Positions 1 to 12,033 are shown, counted from the stretch's first letter. The stretch is 64,000 bases of DNA from an uncultured Solirubrobacterales bacterium (GCA_963813175.1 CAWEXV010000001.1:702911-766910), one strand, 5' to 3'. Made by a program: numbers and translations. Notes: generated by a model from the sequence alone, not told the origin.

Positions 1-2
1 CC

Positions 3-260
3 AGCGCACTCGACGCCTGCAAGGAGGAGTGCTTCGTGATCGGCGGCGGGGACACCTATAGCGAGGCGCTGCCCCGGGCCGAGCGCGTGTACGCCACCGA
101 GATCGAGAAGACGGTCGAGGGCGACACGTTCTTCCCGGCGCTCGCCGAGGACGAGTGGCGCTGTGTGGAGCACAGCGAGCGGATGCTTGAAAACGGGCAC
201 GCCTTTACCTTTCGTACGTACGAGCGCACGACCGAGTCCTCTCCACAGCTTCGACGATGA
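3..260 (+). CDS. folA: Dihydrofolate reductase, C-terminal part (5' end outside window)
   Basis: Frame reads SALDACKEECFVIGGGDTYSEALPRAERVYATEIEKTVEGDTFFPAL: the IGGG, T-x-I and GDTFFP motifs of DHFR. Confidence 0.9.
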   Translation, partial: SALDACKEECFVIGGGDTYSEALPRAERVYATEIEKTVEGDTFFPALAEDEWRCVEHSERMLENGHAFTFRTYERTTESSPQLRR

Positions 261-328
261 GCGCGCAACCCAGGCCTCCACAGCTTCGACGATGAGCGCG
301 CAACCTAAGCCTCTCTACAGCTTCGACG
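241..328 (+). repeat. 35-bp-period tandem duplication at the folA/HIT junction
   Basis: ctccacagcttcgacgatgagcgcgcaacc at 241-270 and 276-305, plus a partial copy ctctacagcttcgacg at 313-328. Confidence 0.9.
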
Positions 329-747
329 CGGCACGGCGCGAGGACCAGCGGCGCTACATGGAGGAGCTCGAGGCGGCCGGCGTGTGCGTGTTCTGCCCCG
401 AGCACGTCGCCGAGCACCACCGCGAGCCGGTGGAGCACTCCGGCGAGCACTGGTATGTGACGAAAAACGATTACCCCTATGAGGGCGCGGCGGTGCACTA
501 CCTGATCGTCGCGCAGCGGCACGTGGTGTCGTTCGACGAGCTCCCCGACGCGGCCGGGGCGGAGCTGTGGGCAATTAAGCGCGCGCTGAAGGCCGAGCTG
601 CAGGCGGTGTCGGTGGCGACAGTGGAACGCAGCGGGAACATGCTCTACAACGGCGGGAGTGTCGCCCACCTGCACGTGCATCTCGTCGCGCTCGGCGCCG
701 CACCTGAGAAGACGGTCAACTTTCGCGTGAGCGCGCGGGCTGACTAG
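292..747 (+). CDS. HIT-family nucleotide hydrolase
   Basis: CVFC motif, NDYPY, and histidine triad HLHVH; ATG at 292 (MSAQPKPLYSF...). Confidence 0.85.
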   Translation: MSAQPKPLYSFDAARREDQRRYMEELEAAGVCVFCPEHVAEHHREPVEHSGEHWYVTKNDYPYEGAAVHYLIVAQRHVVSFDELPDAAGAELWAIKRALKAELQAVSVATVERSGNMLYNGGSVAHLHVHLVALGAAPEKTVNFRVSARAD

Positions 748-766
748 GCGCGCAGGTGCCGCAGAT

Positions 767-1411
767 TCACGCGCGCAGGTGCCGCGGGTTTGACTGCTTG
801 CGTTGCTTTTGCGTCCCGGGGAAGACCGCGTTGAATTCGCGAAACAGGGCCTTGTAGTTCTCGGGCAGGCGGTAGCTCTTCTTCTGGTATTCGTCGGGCA
901 GCTCCTGCAGCTCTGCGACCTCCGACCAGCCACCCTGCAGGGCATAGGCGTAGTAGGGGTACTCGGCGGGCACTCCCCGGACGAGCACGACGGAGATCGG
1001 TAGACCGAGCGACCGCGCGGCGCTCACGCGGTGCAGGCCGTCGTTGATCAGCAGCACCGTGCGGCCATCGGGCTCCAGCGAGGCCTCGACGATCGGCGGC
1101 AGCACCGGGATCTCCTCATCCGGATGCTCGCTCGTACGGATGAAAGCGCCGCCGTCGAGCGCGAACAGGTCGAGCCCATGCTCCAGGAGAGCGGCGCGCA
1201 GCGCGAGGAGCTTTTGCACCGTGGGCGTGAGCACGTAGCGCTGTGCAGGCGTCAGCGTGTCGGTGTCCACCGCGGGCGCCAGTTCGATCGTCGCCTCGGC
1301 GTAGGGATGCGTATGGTCAAAGCCCCGCAGCGGCGTCTCCCGTAGTCGCGAGAGCAGCTCCTCACGGCCGAGGCGTGTAGCCGAAAGGATCGACAGGCAG
1401 GCGTCACTCAT
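767..1411 (-). CDS. ParB/sulfiredoxin-like domain protein
   Basis: PPIVE...LLINDGLHRVSAA resembles the ParB/Srx DGxHR motif; ATG at 1411 overlaps the upstream stop by 8 nt. Confidence 0.55.
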   Translation of the reverse strand: MSDACLSILSATRLGREELLSRLRETPLRGFDHTHPYAEATIELAPAVDTDTLTPAQRYVLTPTVQKLLALRAALLEHGLDLFALDGGAFIRTSEHPDEEIPVLPPIVEASLEPDGRTVLLINDGLHRVSAARSLGLPISVVLVRGVPAEYPYYAYALQGGWSEVAELQELPDEYQKKSYRLPENYKALFREFNAVFPGTQKQRKQSNPRHLRA

Positions 1412-3023
1412 GCGCAACCCCGCCGGTGTGTACGTCGCTTTCCGTGCGCGGGGCTTGCATTGCGTGCAACTCCTCCTCCCTGCGCGCCAGTTCCCGGCCG
1501 AGCCACAGTGCATGCGACACCAGACTGACTGCCATGTCGCCGCCGATCTCCCCTGCCAGCCTATCGGCCCGCCGCCCGCTGTAGCGCTTGACGAGCACGC
1601 CCCCGAAGCGATGCTCGGCGACGATCGCCCCCGCCTCGCGATCGACGCTCACCACGAAATACCCGTGCGGGTCCTCCCTGAGCGAGTACTTGCCCGTCTG
1701 CCGATCCCGGTCCTCGTCGCGTCGCCAACCTGCGGCGATCTCGCGCGCTAGGGCGTAGCGGGGGCTGCGCGGATCGATCCCCAGCGAATTACTGATGACG
1801 GTGATCGGACCAACCGCGATCCCCACTGCCTGCGCTACGTGACGCTGGATCGCAAGCAGCCCGTAAACATTCTCGAGCCATGCCGTCATGAGATTGTGCG
1901 CACGATAGGTGGCCGTGAGCGACAATCCACCCTCCGTGCGGCGAAAGAAAAGGGAAATAAGACAGGGAGCCGCGTAGCCGACCACCGCACGGTTACGCTG
2001 GAGGTCGACGGCTGTGTCCCACAAGGCGATGTAGGCGTGGCGCGATTCGGGGTTGGCTCCGAGCAGCTCGATGACCGCCTGGAGCGTGTCGCACGAACCG
2101 GTGTCCTCGCCCGTGTCGCACGAACCGCTGTCGGTACCGAAATATCCGCGCAGGCGGTTGCCGTAGGTATAAGAGATGCCTTCCGGTAGCTCGGGCTCGA
2201 GAATTCGCGTCTGGTACTCGCGGAACGCCTCCAGCTGAAACCCATACTTGGCGAGCGCCTCGGGGGACTCCTCCGCCGGGTCGGTGATCACCGACTTCAC
2301 GTTCAGCAACTCCAGGCGCGGCCCGTTGCGCAGTGCGACTGGGCGGCCAAAGCGCACCGTGCGTACGACGAGCTCCTCCCAGCAGTCGAGCGGCCGGCGG
2401 CGGACGACCTGGTGAGCGGTGAGCTCGGACGGTCTGCGCATGCCCTCTTCGGCCGCCTCACTCGCCAGCTCGACACGTAACCGACGCCGCACAGCGTCAG
2501 TCGACGCGTCAGTCGCCTCCCCTCTGGCGCTCGGCAGCTCGCGCAGACGGGCAGTCAACTCAGCACCCAGGCCCGCCCCAGACAGCTTGCCCAGATGGTG
2601 AAAGCTGAGCCGGCGACGCAGGGCCTGCTCGTCGAAGGCGACGAGCGCGGGGAACACGCGACCGGTACCTCGGATGCGCTTCATCGGCACGCCGAGCATC
2701 TCCGTGTCCTCGAGCCCGCGCTCGAGGAAGGCCGCGATCTCGGCGCATGTGGGGAGCCCCAGGTCCTCGCCGATCGCGATCAGGTGGCTGACCTGCGGGT
2801 TGTAGAGCAGGTTGCAAAACATCGCGTACATCCCGTCGCCGTAGAGGTTCGAGATGACCGCGATGCGGCTGCGCTCGGGGTCGAGCAGCTCAGATGAGAT
2901 ACCCGCGAGCGCGCGCCTGGCCGCGCGCAAGGGCGACCACAGCGTCACGAGGCCGACGTCGCCCGCGGGATTGACCGGGTGGAGAAGCTCCCGGTAGTAG
3001 AGCGCCTCGAAGGTGGTCCTCAT
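1404..3023 (-). CDS. MtrA-like / thymidylate-synthase-like / DUF4346-like fusion protein (divergent)
   Basis: N-term NLYG...NLLYNPQV (MtrA-like); middle YTYGNRL, NPESRHAYIALWD, APCL, YRAHN...ENVYGL (TS fold); C-term DPHGYF...HALWLGREL (DUF4346-like). ATG at 3023. Confidence 0.75.
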   Translation of the reverse strand: MRTTFEALYYRELLHPVNPAGDVGLVTLWSPLRAARRALAGISSELLDPERSRIAVISNLYGDGMYAMFCNLLYNPQVSHLIAIGEDLGLPTCAEIAAFLERGLEDTEMLGVPMKRIRGTGRVFPALVAFDEQALRRRLSFHHLGKLSGAGLGAELTARLRELPSARGEATDASTDAVRRRLRVELASEAAEEGMRRPSELTAHQVVRRRPLDCWEELVVRTVRFGRPVALRNGPRLELLNVKSVITDPAEESPEALAKYGFQLEAFREYQTRILEPELPEGISYTYGNRLRGYFGTDSGSCDTGEDTGSCDTLQAVIELLGANPESRHAYIALWDTAVDLQRNRAVVGYAAPCLISLFFRRTEGGLSLTATYRAHNLMTAWLENVYGLLAIQRHVAQAVGIAVGPITVISNSLGIDPRSPRYALAREIAAGWRRDEDRDRQTGKYSLREDPHGYFVVSVDREAGAIVAEHRFGGVLVKRYSGRRADRLAGEIGGDMAVSLVSHALWLGRELARREEELHAMQAPRTESDVHTGGVAHE

Positions 3024-3087
3024 CGGCGAGGTCGCGAGGGCCGGGGCCGGGGCCGGCTGGCAACCCAGCCGGCCAGGCGACCCGGCG

Positions 3088-3564
3088 CTACTTGACCGGG
3101 CGCCCCTTGGCGTTGACCGCCGACCACGTGCCACCGAACTGTTTGACGCCCGCATAGGAGGTCGAGGTGGGCGCCGCCGCGTAGATATAGAGCGGGTGGC
3201 CCGCATAGGTGACCTGCTGCTCGCCACCCGATACGGCGATCGTGGAGAGCAGCGAGGCCTTGACACCAGCGCCCGCGGAGGGCTTACCCTGAACCGGCAT
3301 CGCCGGCCACACTTCCGCACAGCCGCTGATCTTCACGCAGGTGTTCTTCTTGGCGGGGTCCTTCGAAAACTCGTAGAGGATCGAGCCAGAGGCGTTGACC
3401 AGGACCTTGCCGAGGCCGGTCTTACGCAGTTCGACGGTGTGAAAGAGTGCCGGTCGGGCCGGCGTCGGCGAGCTGTGCGCGTCGGCGAGTGTCGCGCCGA
3501 GGAGCGCCGCCGCACTCGTGAGTGTGAGCAGGATGCCGGCCAGGAATATGCAGGTGCGCTTCAC
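3088..3564 (-). CDS. Secreted COG4315-like protein (Yx(F/W/Y)xxD repeat family)
   Basis: Signal peptide; LVNASGSILYEFSKD, CAEVWPA, QVTYAGHPLYIY, GTWSAV motifs. Confidence 0.8.
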   Translation of the reverse strand: MKRTCIFLAGILLTLTSAAALLGATLADAHSSPTPARPALFHTVELRKTGLGKVLVNASGSILYEFSKDPAKKNTCVKISGCAEVWPAMPVQGKPSAGAGVKASLLSTIAVSGGEQQVTYAGHPLYIYAAAPTSTSYAGVKQFGGTWSAVNAKGRPVK

Positions 3565-3688
3565 GGGAGCCTCCGAGTCATAAGCAGGTAGGGGTTAAGA
3601 CTAAAGGACCCCGCGGAGCGAAGATCCTTTCAGGACGCCTCGGGCCGCCACACCAGGCTGGGCCCCAGCCCCTCCGCCAGGGCGGGCC

Positions 3689-4696
3689 TCAGACCCGCAC
3701 GATCACCTTGCCGGTGTTGCCGCCGCTGAATAGCAGGTTGAGCGCCTCGGGCGCGTGCTCGAGCCCCTCGACGATGTGCTCGGCCGTCCTGATCTGACCG
3801 GCGGCGAGCCAGCCGGCCATCTCGGCCTGCGCTTGCGGGATGCGGTCGAAGTAGTCGAGGATGATGAAGCCCTCCATTCGCCCACGCCTGATGATCAGCG
3901 CCGTGTAGTTGGCGGGGCCGGGCGGGCGCTCGGTCGCGTTGTAGGAGGAGATCGCGCCGCACAGCACGACCCGTCCGCGCAGGGCGAGCTGGCCGAGGCA
4001 GGCGTTGAGGATCTCGCCGCCGACGTTGTCGAAGTAGAGGTCGATCCCGCCCGGGCAGGTCTCCCGCAGGCGCGCTGCGACATCCTCGTTCTTGTAGTCG
4101 ATCGCGGCGTCGAAGCCGAGCTCGTCCAGCAGCCACGCGCACTTCTGCGGGCCGCCGGCGATCCCCACGACGCGCGCGGCGCCCTTGATCTTGGCGATCT
4201 GCCCGGCGCTCGAACCGGTGGCGCCCGCAGCGCCGGAGACGACGACCGTGTCGCCTTCCTTGATGCGCCCGATATCGATCAGCCCGAAGTAGGCGGTCAT
4301 GCCGTTGAGGCCGAGCACACCCAGCGCCGCCGTCGGCGAGACCCCCGGCGGGAGCGCCTGCAGCGAGCGCTTGCCCCCGTCGGCGATCACGTAGTCCTGC
4401 CAGCCGGTCATGCCGAACACGAGTTCGCCGGGCTTGTAGCGCTCGCAGTTGCTGGAGAGCACCTCGGCGACGCCACTGCTGCGCACGACCTCGCCGATCC
4501 CGATCGGGGGTAGGTAGCCGGGAGCGTCGTCCATCCAGGTGCGGATGGTGGGGTCGATCGAGAGGTAGCGCACCCGCGCGAGCGCCTCTCCCTCACCCGG
4601 CTCGGGGATGTCGGCCTCATCGAGGCGGACGTTCTGCGGGCCGACCATGGCCGTGGGCCGCTCGGCCAGCAGGAGGCGGCGATTGTGGTCTGTCAC
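3689..4696 (-). CDS. NADP-dependent oxidoreductase (prostaglandin reductase/CurA-like MDR)
   Basis: YLSIDP, GMTAYFGL, VVSGAAGATGS, YFDNVGG, GNTGKVIV. Confidence 0.9.
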   Translation of the reverse strand: MTDHNRRLLLAERPTAMVGPQNVRLDEADIPEPGEGEALARVRYLSIDPTIRTWMDDAPGYLPPIGIGEVVRSSGVAEVLSSNCERYKPGELVFGMTGWQDYVIADGGKRSLQALPPGVSPTAALGVLGLNGMTAYFGLIDIGRIKEGDTVVVSGAAGATGSSAGQIAKIKGAARVVGIAGGPQKCAWLLDELGFDAAIDYKNEDVAARLRETCPGGIDLYFDNVGGEILNACLGQLALRGRVVLCGAISSYNATERPPGPANYTALIIRRGRMEGFIILDYFDRIPQAQAEMAGWLAAGQIRTAEHIVEGLEHAPEALNLLFSGGNTGKVIVRV

Positions 4697-4714
4697 GGGG
4701 GCTCCCTCTTTTGC

Positions 4715-5866
4715 TTACACGCCGAGCGAGCGCCCGACGATCTCCTTCATGATCTCGTTGGCTCCACCATAGATGCGCGTGACGCGCGCGTCCGCGTAGG
4801 CGCGGGCGATCGGATACTCGAGCATGTAGCCGTAGCCGCCGTGCAGCTGCACGCAGCGATCGACGACGCGCCCCTGCAGCTCGGTGCACCACCACTTCGC
4901 GCCGGCGGCGTCCTCGGCGGACAGCTCGCCCCGGCCCAGGGCGAGGACTGCCTGGTCGACGTATGCGGTCGCGAGCTCGATCTCGGTCTTCATCTCGGCG
5001 AGCGCGAAGCGCGAGGCCTGGAAGGACCCCACCGGCGTGCCGAAGGCGGTGCGCTCCTTGACGTAGGCGAGCGTCCAGTCGAGCGCCGCCTGCGCGGCGG
5101 CCACCCCGGCGATCGCGATCGACAGACGCTCCTGTGCGAGGTTGGCGACGAGATACCTGAACCCCTGCCCCTCCTCGCCCAGGCGGTTGGCGAGCGGCAC
5201 GGGCACCTCGGCAAAGAACAGCTCGGCGGTGTCCTGTGCGTGCATGCCGACCTTCTGCAGGTTGCGCCCGCGCCCGAACCCCTCCATCCCGCGCTCGACC
5301 ACCAGCAACGAGATGCCGCGGTGGCGCTCGGCCGGGTCGGTCTTCAGCGCGACGATCACCAGGTCGGCGTTGATGCCGTTGGTGATGAACGTCTTCGCGC
5401 CGCTGACGCTGTAGTGGTCGTCCGCGGTGCGCGTAGCGCTGGCGCTCATCGAGGCGAGGTCTGAGCCGATGCCCGGCTCGGTCATCGCGAGCGCCGTGAT
5501 CAGCGAGCCGTCGGCGATCCCCGGTAGCCAGCGCGCACGCTGCTCCTCGTTGCAGTAGGCGAGGAAGTAGGGCAGGCAGATGTCGTTGTGCAGCGTGATT
5601 CCGAGGCCGCTGCCGGCGACGCCCGCGTAGGCGACCTCCTCGACGACGATCTGGTTGAAGCGGAAGTCATCAACGCCCGCGCCGCCGTAGGCCTCGGGGA
5701 CGGCCATCGCGAGCAGCCCCTGGCGGGCGGCCTTGGCAAACAGCTCGCGCGGCACGATCCCCTCCTGCTCCCACCGCTCGTGGTGGGGTGTCACCTCGGC
5801 GGCGAGGAAGCCGCGGACCGTCTCGCGGTAGGCGGCGTGCTCGGCCTCGAAGATCGTGCGCTTCAC
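4715..5866 (-). CDS. Acyl-CoA dehydrogenase
   Basis: ALAMTEPGIGSD, GAKTFITNG, QERLSIA, QLHGGYGYMLEY, RIYGGANEIMK. Confidence 0.95.
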   Translation of the reverse strand: MKRTIFEAEHAAYRETVRGFLAAEVTPHHERWEQEGIVPRELFAKAARQGLLAMAVPEAYGGAGVDDFRFNQIVVEEVAYAGVAGSGLGITLHNDICLPYFLAYCNEEQRARWLPGIADGSLITALAMTEPGIGSDLASMSASATRTADDHYSVSGAKTFITNGINADLVIVALKTDPAERHRGISLLVVERGMEGFGRGRNLQKVGMHAQDTAELFFAEVPVPLANRLGEEGQGFRYLVANLAQERLSIAIAGVAAAQAALDWTLAYVKERTAFGTPVGSFQASRFALAEMKTEIELATAYVDQAVLALGRGELSAEDAAGAKWWCTELQGRVVDRCVQLHGGYGYMLEYPIARAYADARVTRIYGGANEIMKEIVGRSLGV

Positions 5867-5987
5867 GGCGCGGGCCGCTCACATGTGGGGGTGCCGGCTC
5901 GACCCTCGCCCGCGCCCCTCGCCGAAGCGAGGGACATGGCCCGGATCTCAAGGACGCGCCCGCGCTGGACGGGACGCTCGGCGCAGA

Positions 5988-7181
5988 TCACGCCGGCGGC
6001 CGGTAAACCGTCACGACGGCGGCGCCGCCGAGGCCGATGTTGTGCTGCAGCGCGGCCTTCGCGCCGTCGACCTGGCGGCCTTCGGAGTAGCCGCGCAGCT
6101 GCCACGTCAGCTCCGAGCACTGCGCGAGGCCGGTCGCGCCGAGCGGGTGGCCCTTGGAGATCAGTCCCCCGCTCGGGTTCACGACCCACTGGCCACCGTA
6201 GGTGGTCTGTTCGTCCTCGACCAGCTTGTGGCCCTCGCCCTCGCCGCACAGCCCCAGCGCCTCATACGTGATCAGCTCGTTCGCGCTGAAGCAGTCGTGC
6301 AGCTCGATCACCTGGATGTCTTCGGGGCCGAGACCGGCCTCCTCGTAGGCCTGCTGCGCAGCCTTGCGCGTCATGTCAGCGCCGACGATCTTGATGCAGT
6401 CGGCGGTCTCGTCGAACGTCGAGGAGAGGTCGGTGACCATCGACTGACCGGCGATCTCGATCGCCTGATCCCACAGGCCGTGCTTCTCGACGAAGCGCTC
6501 GCTCGCGACCAGCGCGGCGGCGGCGCCGTCGCTGGTGGGCGAGCACTGCAGCTTGGTCAGCGGGTCGTGGATCATGCGCGCGCCCTTGATGTCCTCCAGG
6601 GAGTACTCGTCCTGGAACTGCGCGTAGGGGTTGTTGACCGAGTGCTTGTGGTTCTTCCAGCCGATCCATGCGTAGTGGTCGGGCGTCGAGCCATAGCGCT
6701 GCATGTGGTCGCGCCCGGCATTGCCGAACATCTGCGGCGCAAAGGGGGACTCCTCGGCGTCGCGCAGCTCGAGCATGCGCATCATGTGCTTGTCGAGCGC
6801 CGGCGTGCGGTCGGTGTACTTCATGCCGAGCGAGCCCTTCTCCATCTTCTCGAAGCCGATCGCCAGCGCGCAGTCGATCAGACCGCCCTTGACGGCCTGG
6901 CGCGCGAGCCACAGCGCGCTCGACCCGGTGGAGCAGTTGTTGTTGACGTTCACCACGGGGATGCCGGTGAGGCCCAGGCCGTAGACGGCGCGCTGGCCGT
7001 AGGTAGAGTCGCCATAGCAGTAGCCCGCGAACGCCTGCTCGACGAGGTCATAGGCGATGCCGGCGTCGGCGAGCGCCTTGCTGCCGGCCTCATACGCCCA
7101 CTCGGGGTAGTCGCCCTCCTTGGAGCCGGGCTTGTCGAACTTCGTCATCCCCACGCCGATCACGTATGTCTTGTTGCTCAT
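5988..7181 (-). CDS. SCP-x type thiolase / lipid-transfer protein
   Basis: [43 protein letters not shown]. Confidence 0.92.
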   Translation of the reverse strand: MSNKTYVIGVGMTKFDKPGSKEGDYPEWAYEAGSKALADAGIAYDLVEQAFAGYCYGDSTYGQRAVYGLGLTGIPVVNVNNNCSTGSSALWLARQAVKGGLIDCALAIGFEKMEKGSLGMKYTDRTPALDKHMMRMLELRDAEESPFAPQMFGNAGRDHMQRYGSTPDHYAWIGWKNHKHSVNNPYAQFQDEYSLEDIKGARMIHDPLTKLQCSPTSDGAAAALVASERFVEKHGLWDQAIEIAGQSMVTDLSSTFDETADCIKIVGADMTRKAAQQAYEEAGLGPEDIQVIELHDCFSANELITYEALGLCGEGEGHKLVEDEQTTYGGQWVVNPSGGLISKGHPLGATGLAQCSELTWQLRGYSEGRQVDGAKAALQHNIGLGGAAVVTVYRPPA

Positions 7182-7214
7182 CGCTCTTGATCTCCCGTTC
7201 GCTGGACGCGCTGG

Positions 7215-7245
7215 CGCAGTGACTGCGACAGGCGCAGTAGCTGCG
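7215..7245. promoter_or_regulatory. Paired palindromes, candidate operator in a divergent intergenic region
   Basis: cgcag-tga-ctgcg (7215-7227) and cgcag-tag-ctgcg (7233-7245), 18 bp apart, upstream of the thiolase start. Confidence 0.3.
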
Positions 7246-7386
7246 TTCTGTGGCGCACTGGCGCGCCGGCGGGGATTCTAGAGAAGTAGCGACGCTTTTG
7301 GCCAGTCAGCCAGGAGTGGCCGCATGACCACTGCCAGGTCCACTTTCCGATGACACCCCACCACCGGCTACCTTTTCTCTTAATAA

Positions 7387-8727
7387 ATGGGTTCCACGTC
7401 AACAGGGTCAAGCTCGCGCGCCGCCGAGGCACCACTCGATGCGGAGCCCGTCGCCGACGCCGGCCCCCAGCCCGCGGATGAGCGATCGTGGCCTCGCCGG
7501 CACCGGCGCTCGCTGCTGATCGGGGGCGCCGCGCTGGCGTTCGTCCTGCTCGCGGTGGGCGCCGCGGTGAGCTGGCACTTCGCCTCGGAGGTCCTCGTTC
7601 CCGACCGTTCGCCGCTGACCGCCGACACGACCGTCGATGCGCTCTCGCCAGGGCGGATCGTCCTCCCCCGCTCGGAAGGCACGCTGCGCCCCGGCGTCTA
7701 CGGCCTGGAGTGGCCCGCGGGGCACGCGGTGCTCGAAGAAGTGCTGAGCAGCGATGCCCACACCGTCACCCGGCGGTTGAGCGCGGTGCGGGGCCACCTC
7801 GCGCCCGGGATGACCGTCGCCGTCGACAACGACCTCTACACCGGAAACCCCACGCAGGCGCTGGGCCTGGCCTTCGCCAACGTCAGCATCCCCGGGGAAC
7901 GGGGAGCGATGCCGGCCTGGCTGATCCCCGGACAGACGCGCTCGGTACTGGCGCACCCCGGACAGGCAGGCTCGGGACAGGCACGCCCCGCCCAGACGCA
8001 CCTCGGGCAGGTACTTCCCGGTCAGACACGCCCCGGCAACACGGCCTCCGGTCAACCACGCACGTGGGCGATCGTCGTGCACGGGATCAACGGCAATCGC
8101 GAAGGCGACCTGTACGTGGTGCCCGCGCTCCACCGCGCGGGGGTGCCCGCGCTGCTGATCACCTACCGCGAGGACATCGGCGCCCCCTCGAGCCCCGACG
8201 GCCTGCACCACATGGGCCTGACCGAGTGGCACGACCTGGAAGCCGCCGCGCGCTATGCCCTCGCGCACGGCGCCCAGCGCCTGGTCCTCGTCGGCGTCTC
8301 GATGGGCGGCGCGATCGTCTCCCAGTTCATGGAGCACTCCCCGCTTGCCGGCCGTGTCGCTGGACTCGTGCTCGACGCGCCCGCCCTCTCGTGGAAGGCG
8401 ATCCTGTCCTTCAACGCGAGCGAGATGGGTCTGCCTTCGTTCGCGGCGCTGCCGGTCGAGTGGATGATCGATCTGCGCATCCACCCCGACTGGGGGAACC
8501 TCGACGCGCTCGAGCACCCCGACAGCTTTCATCTGCCGATCCTGCTGTTCCACGGCACCGCCGACCGGGTCGTGCCGATCTCGAGCAGCGACGCCTTCGC
8601 CCGGGAGCTGCCTGGATGGGTCACCTACTATCGCGTGCCCCAGGCCGGGCACGTGGAGTCCTGGAACGTGGGCCGGGGGTTATATGAACAGCGACTGGGC
8701 GCCTTCCTCGGTCGGGTAGGTGCGTGA
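7387..8727 (+). CDS. Membrane-anchored alpha/beta hydrolase
   Basis: N-terminal TM helix; VVHG, GVSMGG nucleophile elbow, FHGTAD, GHVESWN. Confidence 0.9.
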   Translation: MGSTSTGSSSRAAEAPLDAEPVADAGPQPADERSWPRRHRRSLLIGGAALAFVLLAVGAAVSWHFASEVLVPDRSPLTADTTVDALSPGRIVLPRSEGTLRPGVYGLEWPAGHAVLEEVLSSDAHTVTRRLSAVRGHLAPGMTVAVDNDLYTGNPTQALGLAFANVSIPGERGAMPAWLIPGQTRSVLAHPGQAGSGQARPAQTHLGQVLPGQTRPGNTASGQPRTWAIVVHGINGNREGDLYVVPALHRAGVPALLITYREDIGAPSSPDGLHHMGLTEWHDLEAAARYALAHGAQRLVLVGVSMGGAIVSQFMEHSPLAGRVAGLVLDAPALSWKAILSFNASEMGLPSFAALPVEWMIDLRIHPDWGNLDALEHPDSFHLPILLFHGTADRVVPISSSDAFARELPGWVTYYRVPQAGHVESWNVGRGLYEQRLGAFLGRVGA

Positions 8728-8842
8728 GACTGCTTTGGCTTGGGCAACGCCCTGAGATGGGCTTGGCGGCGTGGGGCGAGTAGGTTCGCGCGAACCCCCC
8801 GAGCCATACCCAGCCAGTCTCAAGGTGTTCGCGGGGTCCCGC

Positions 8843-11251
<2,409 letters not shown>

Positions 11252-11273
11252 GCTCAGCGTGTCTCCATGGCCA

Positions 11274-11702
11274 CTATTCCCGGAGGACCCCGCCCCAATC
11301 GCCAGGGTCGACGTCCGCGAGCGTCTGCGAGAAGGTCCACTGATGCCCCCAGGGATCCTCGGCGCTGTACTGGCGCTCGCCGTACACGTGATCGGTGGGC
11401 TCCTGGAGGATCTTCGCCCCGTGGGCTCGCGCGTGCTCGCAGTGTGCCCTCGCGTCCTCGACGCGTACGAGCACCGAGTGTGTGACTTCGCCGGGACGTG
11501 GCGACACGCGGTCGTGGCGGACGTCGCCGACGATCACCGCGCCGCCCTCCCCGACGTTCATCTGCGACCGATGGCCCTCTCCGATCTGGAGGCGCTCGAC
11601 AAAGCCGAAAGCCCCGCTCAACCAACCCACCGCGGCGCGCACATCCGGATAGATGAGAACCGGGATCATCGTCGCGCTCGGGATCGATCGGTTGGGCAAC
11701 AC
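11274..11702 (-). CDS. VOC/glyoxalase (bleomycin-resistance-like) protein
   Basis: [41 protein letters not shown]. Confidence 0.88.
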   Translation of the reverse strand: MLPNRSIPSATMIPVLIYPDVRAAVGWLSGAFGFVERLQIGEGHRSQMNVGEGGAVIVGDVRHDRVSPRPGEVTHSVLVRVEDARAHCEHARAHGAKILQEPTDHVYGERQYSAEDPWGHQWTFSQTLADVDPGDWGGVLRE

Positions 11703-11713
11703 GGCCGCACAGC

Positions 11714-11833
11714 TTACGGCTTCAGGTTCCGCCCCGTTGGGTAGCCGTAGAACAGTCCAAATACCTCCGCGTCGCTCCTGCCAGCGACAAGAAGCGCCTC
11801 GTCAGCACGGTCATCGTCGATGCCCATAACCAT
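11714..11833 (-). pseudogene. N-terminal remnant of an ECF sigma factor
   Basis: My translation MVMGIDDDRADEALLVAGRSDAEVFGLFY then unrelated [10 protein letters not shown]; resembles the DEALL...D.EAF..FY start of ECF sigmas. Confidence 0.45.
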
Positions 11834-12033
11834 TACATCGTGAAGAGCGACGGCTTGTGACACGCTACCTCAGGGCGCCATCGCCGCCCGAGCTTGTGCC
11901 CCGACAGTAGCCCACACCGCGCGTATTCGAGCACCGTCTGCCTCGCGCGCGCCCGTCCAGCCGTCCAGAGAACTTTCCCACTGGCTGGCCGGGGGGGAAC
12001 TTCGAAGTGAAGTTCCCGCCCAGCCTACGCCAC

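Noticed and set aside
1404-3023. Calling the TS-fold gene thyA
   Set aside because: RSxD and HxY motifs are altered and extra domains are fused, so dTMP synthesis cannot be assumed
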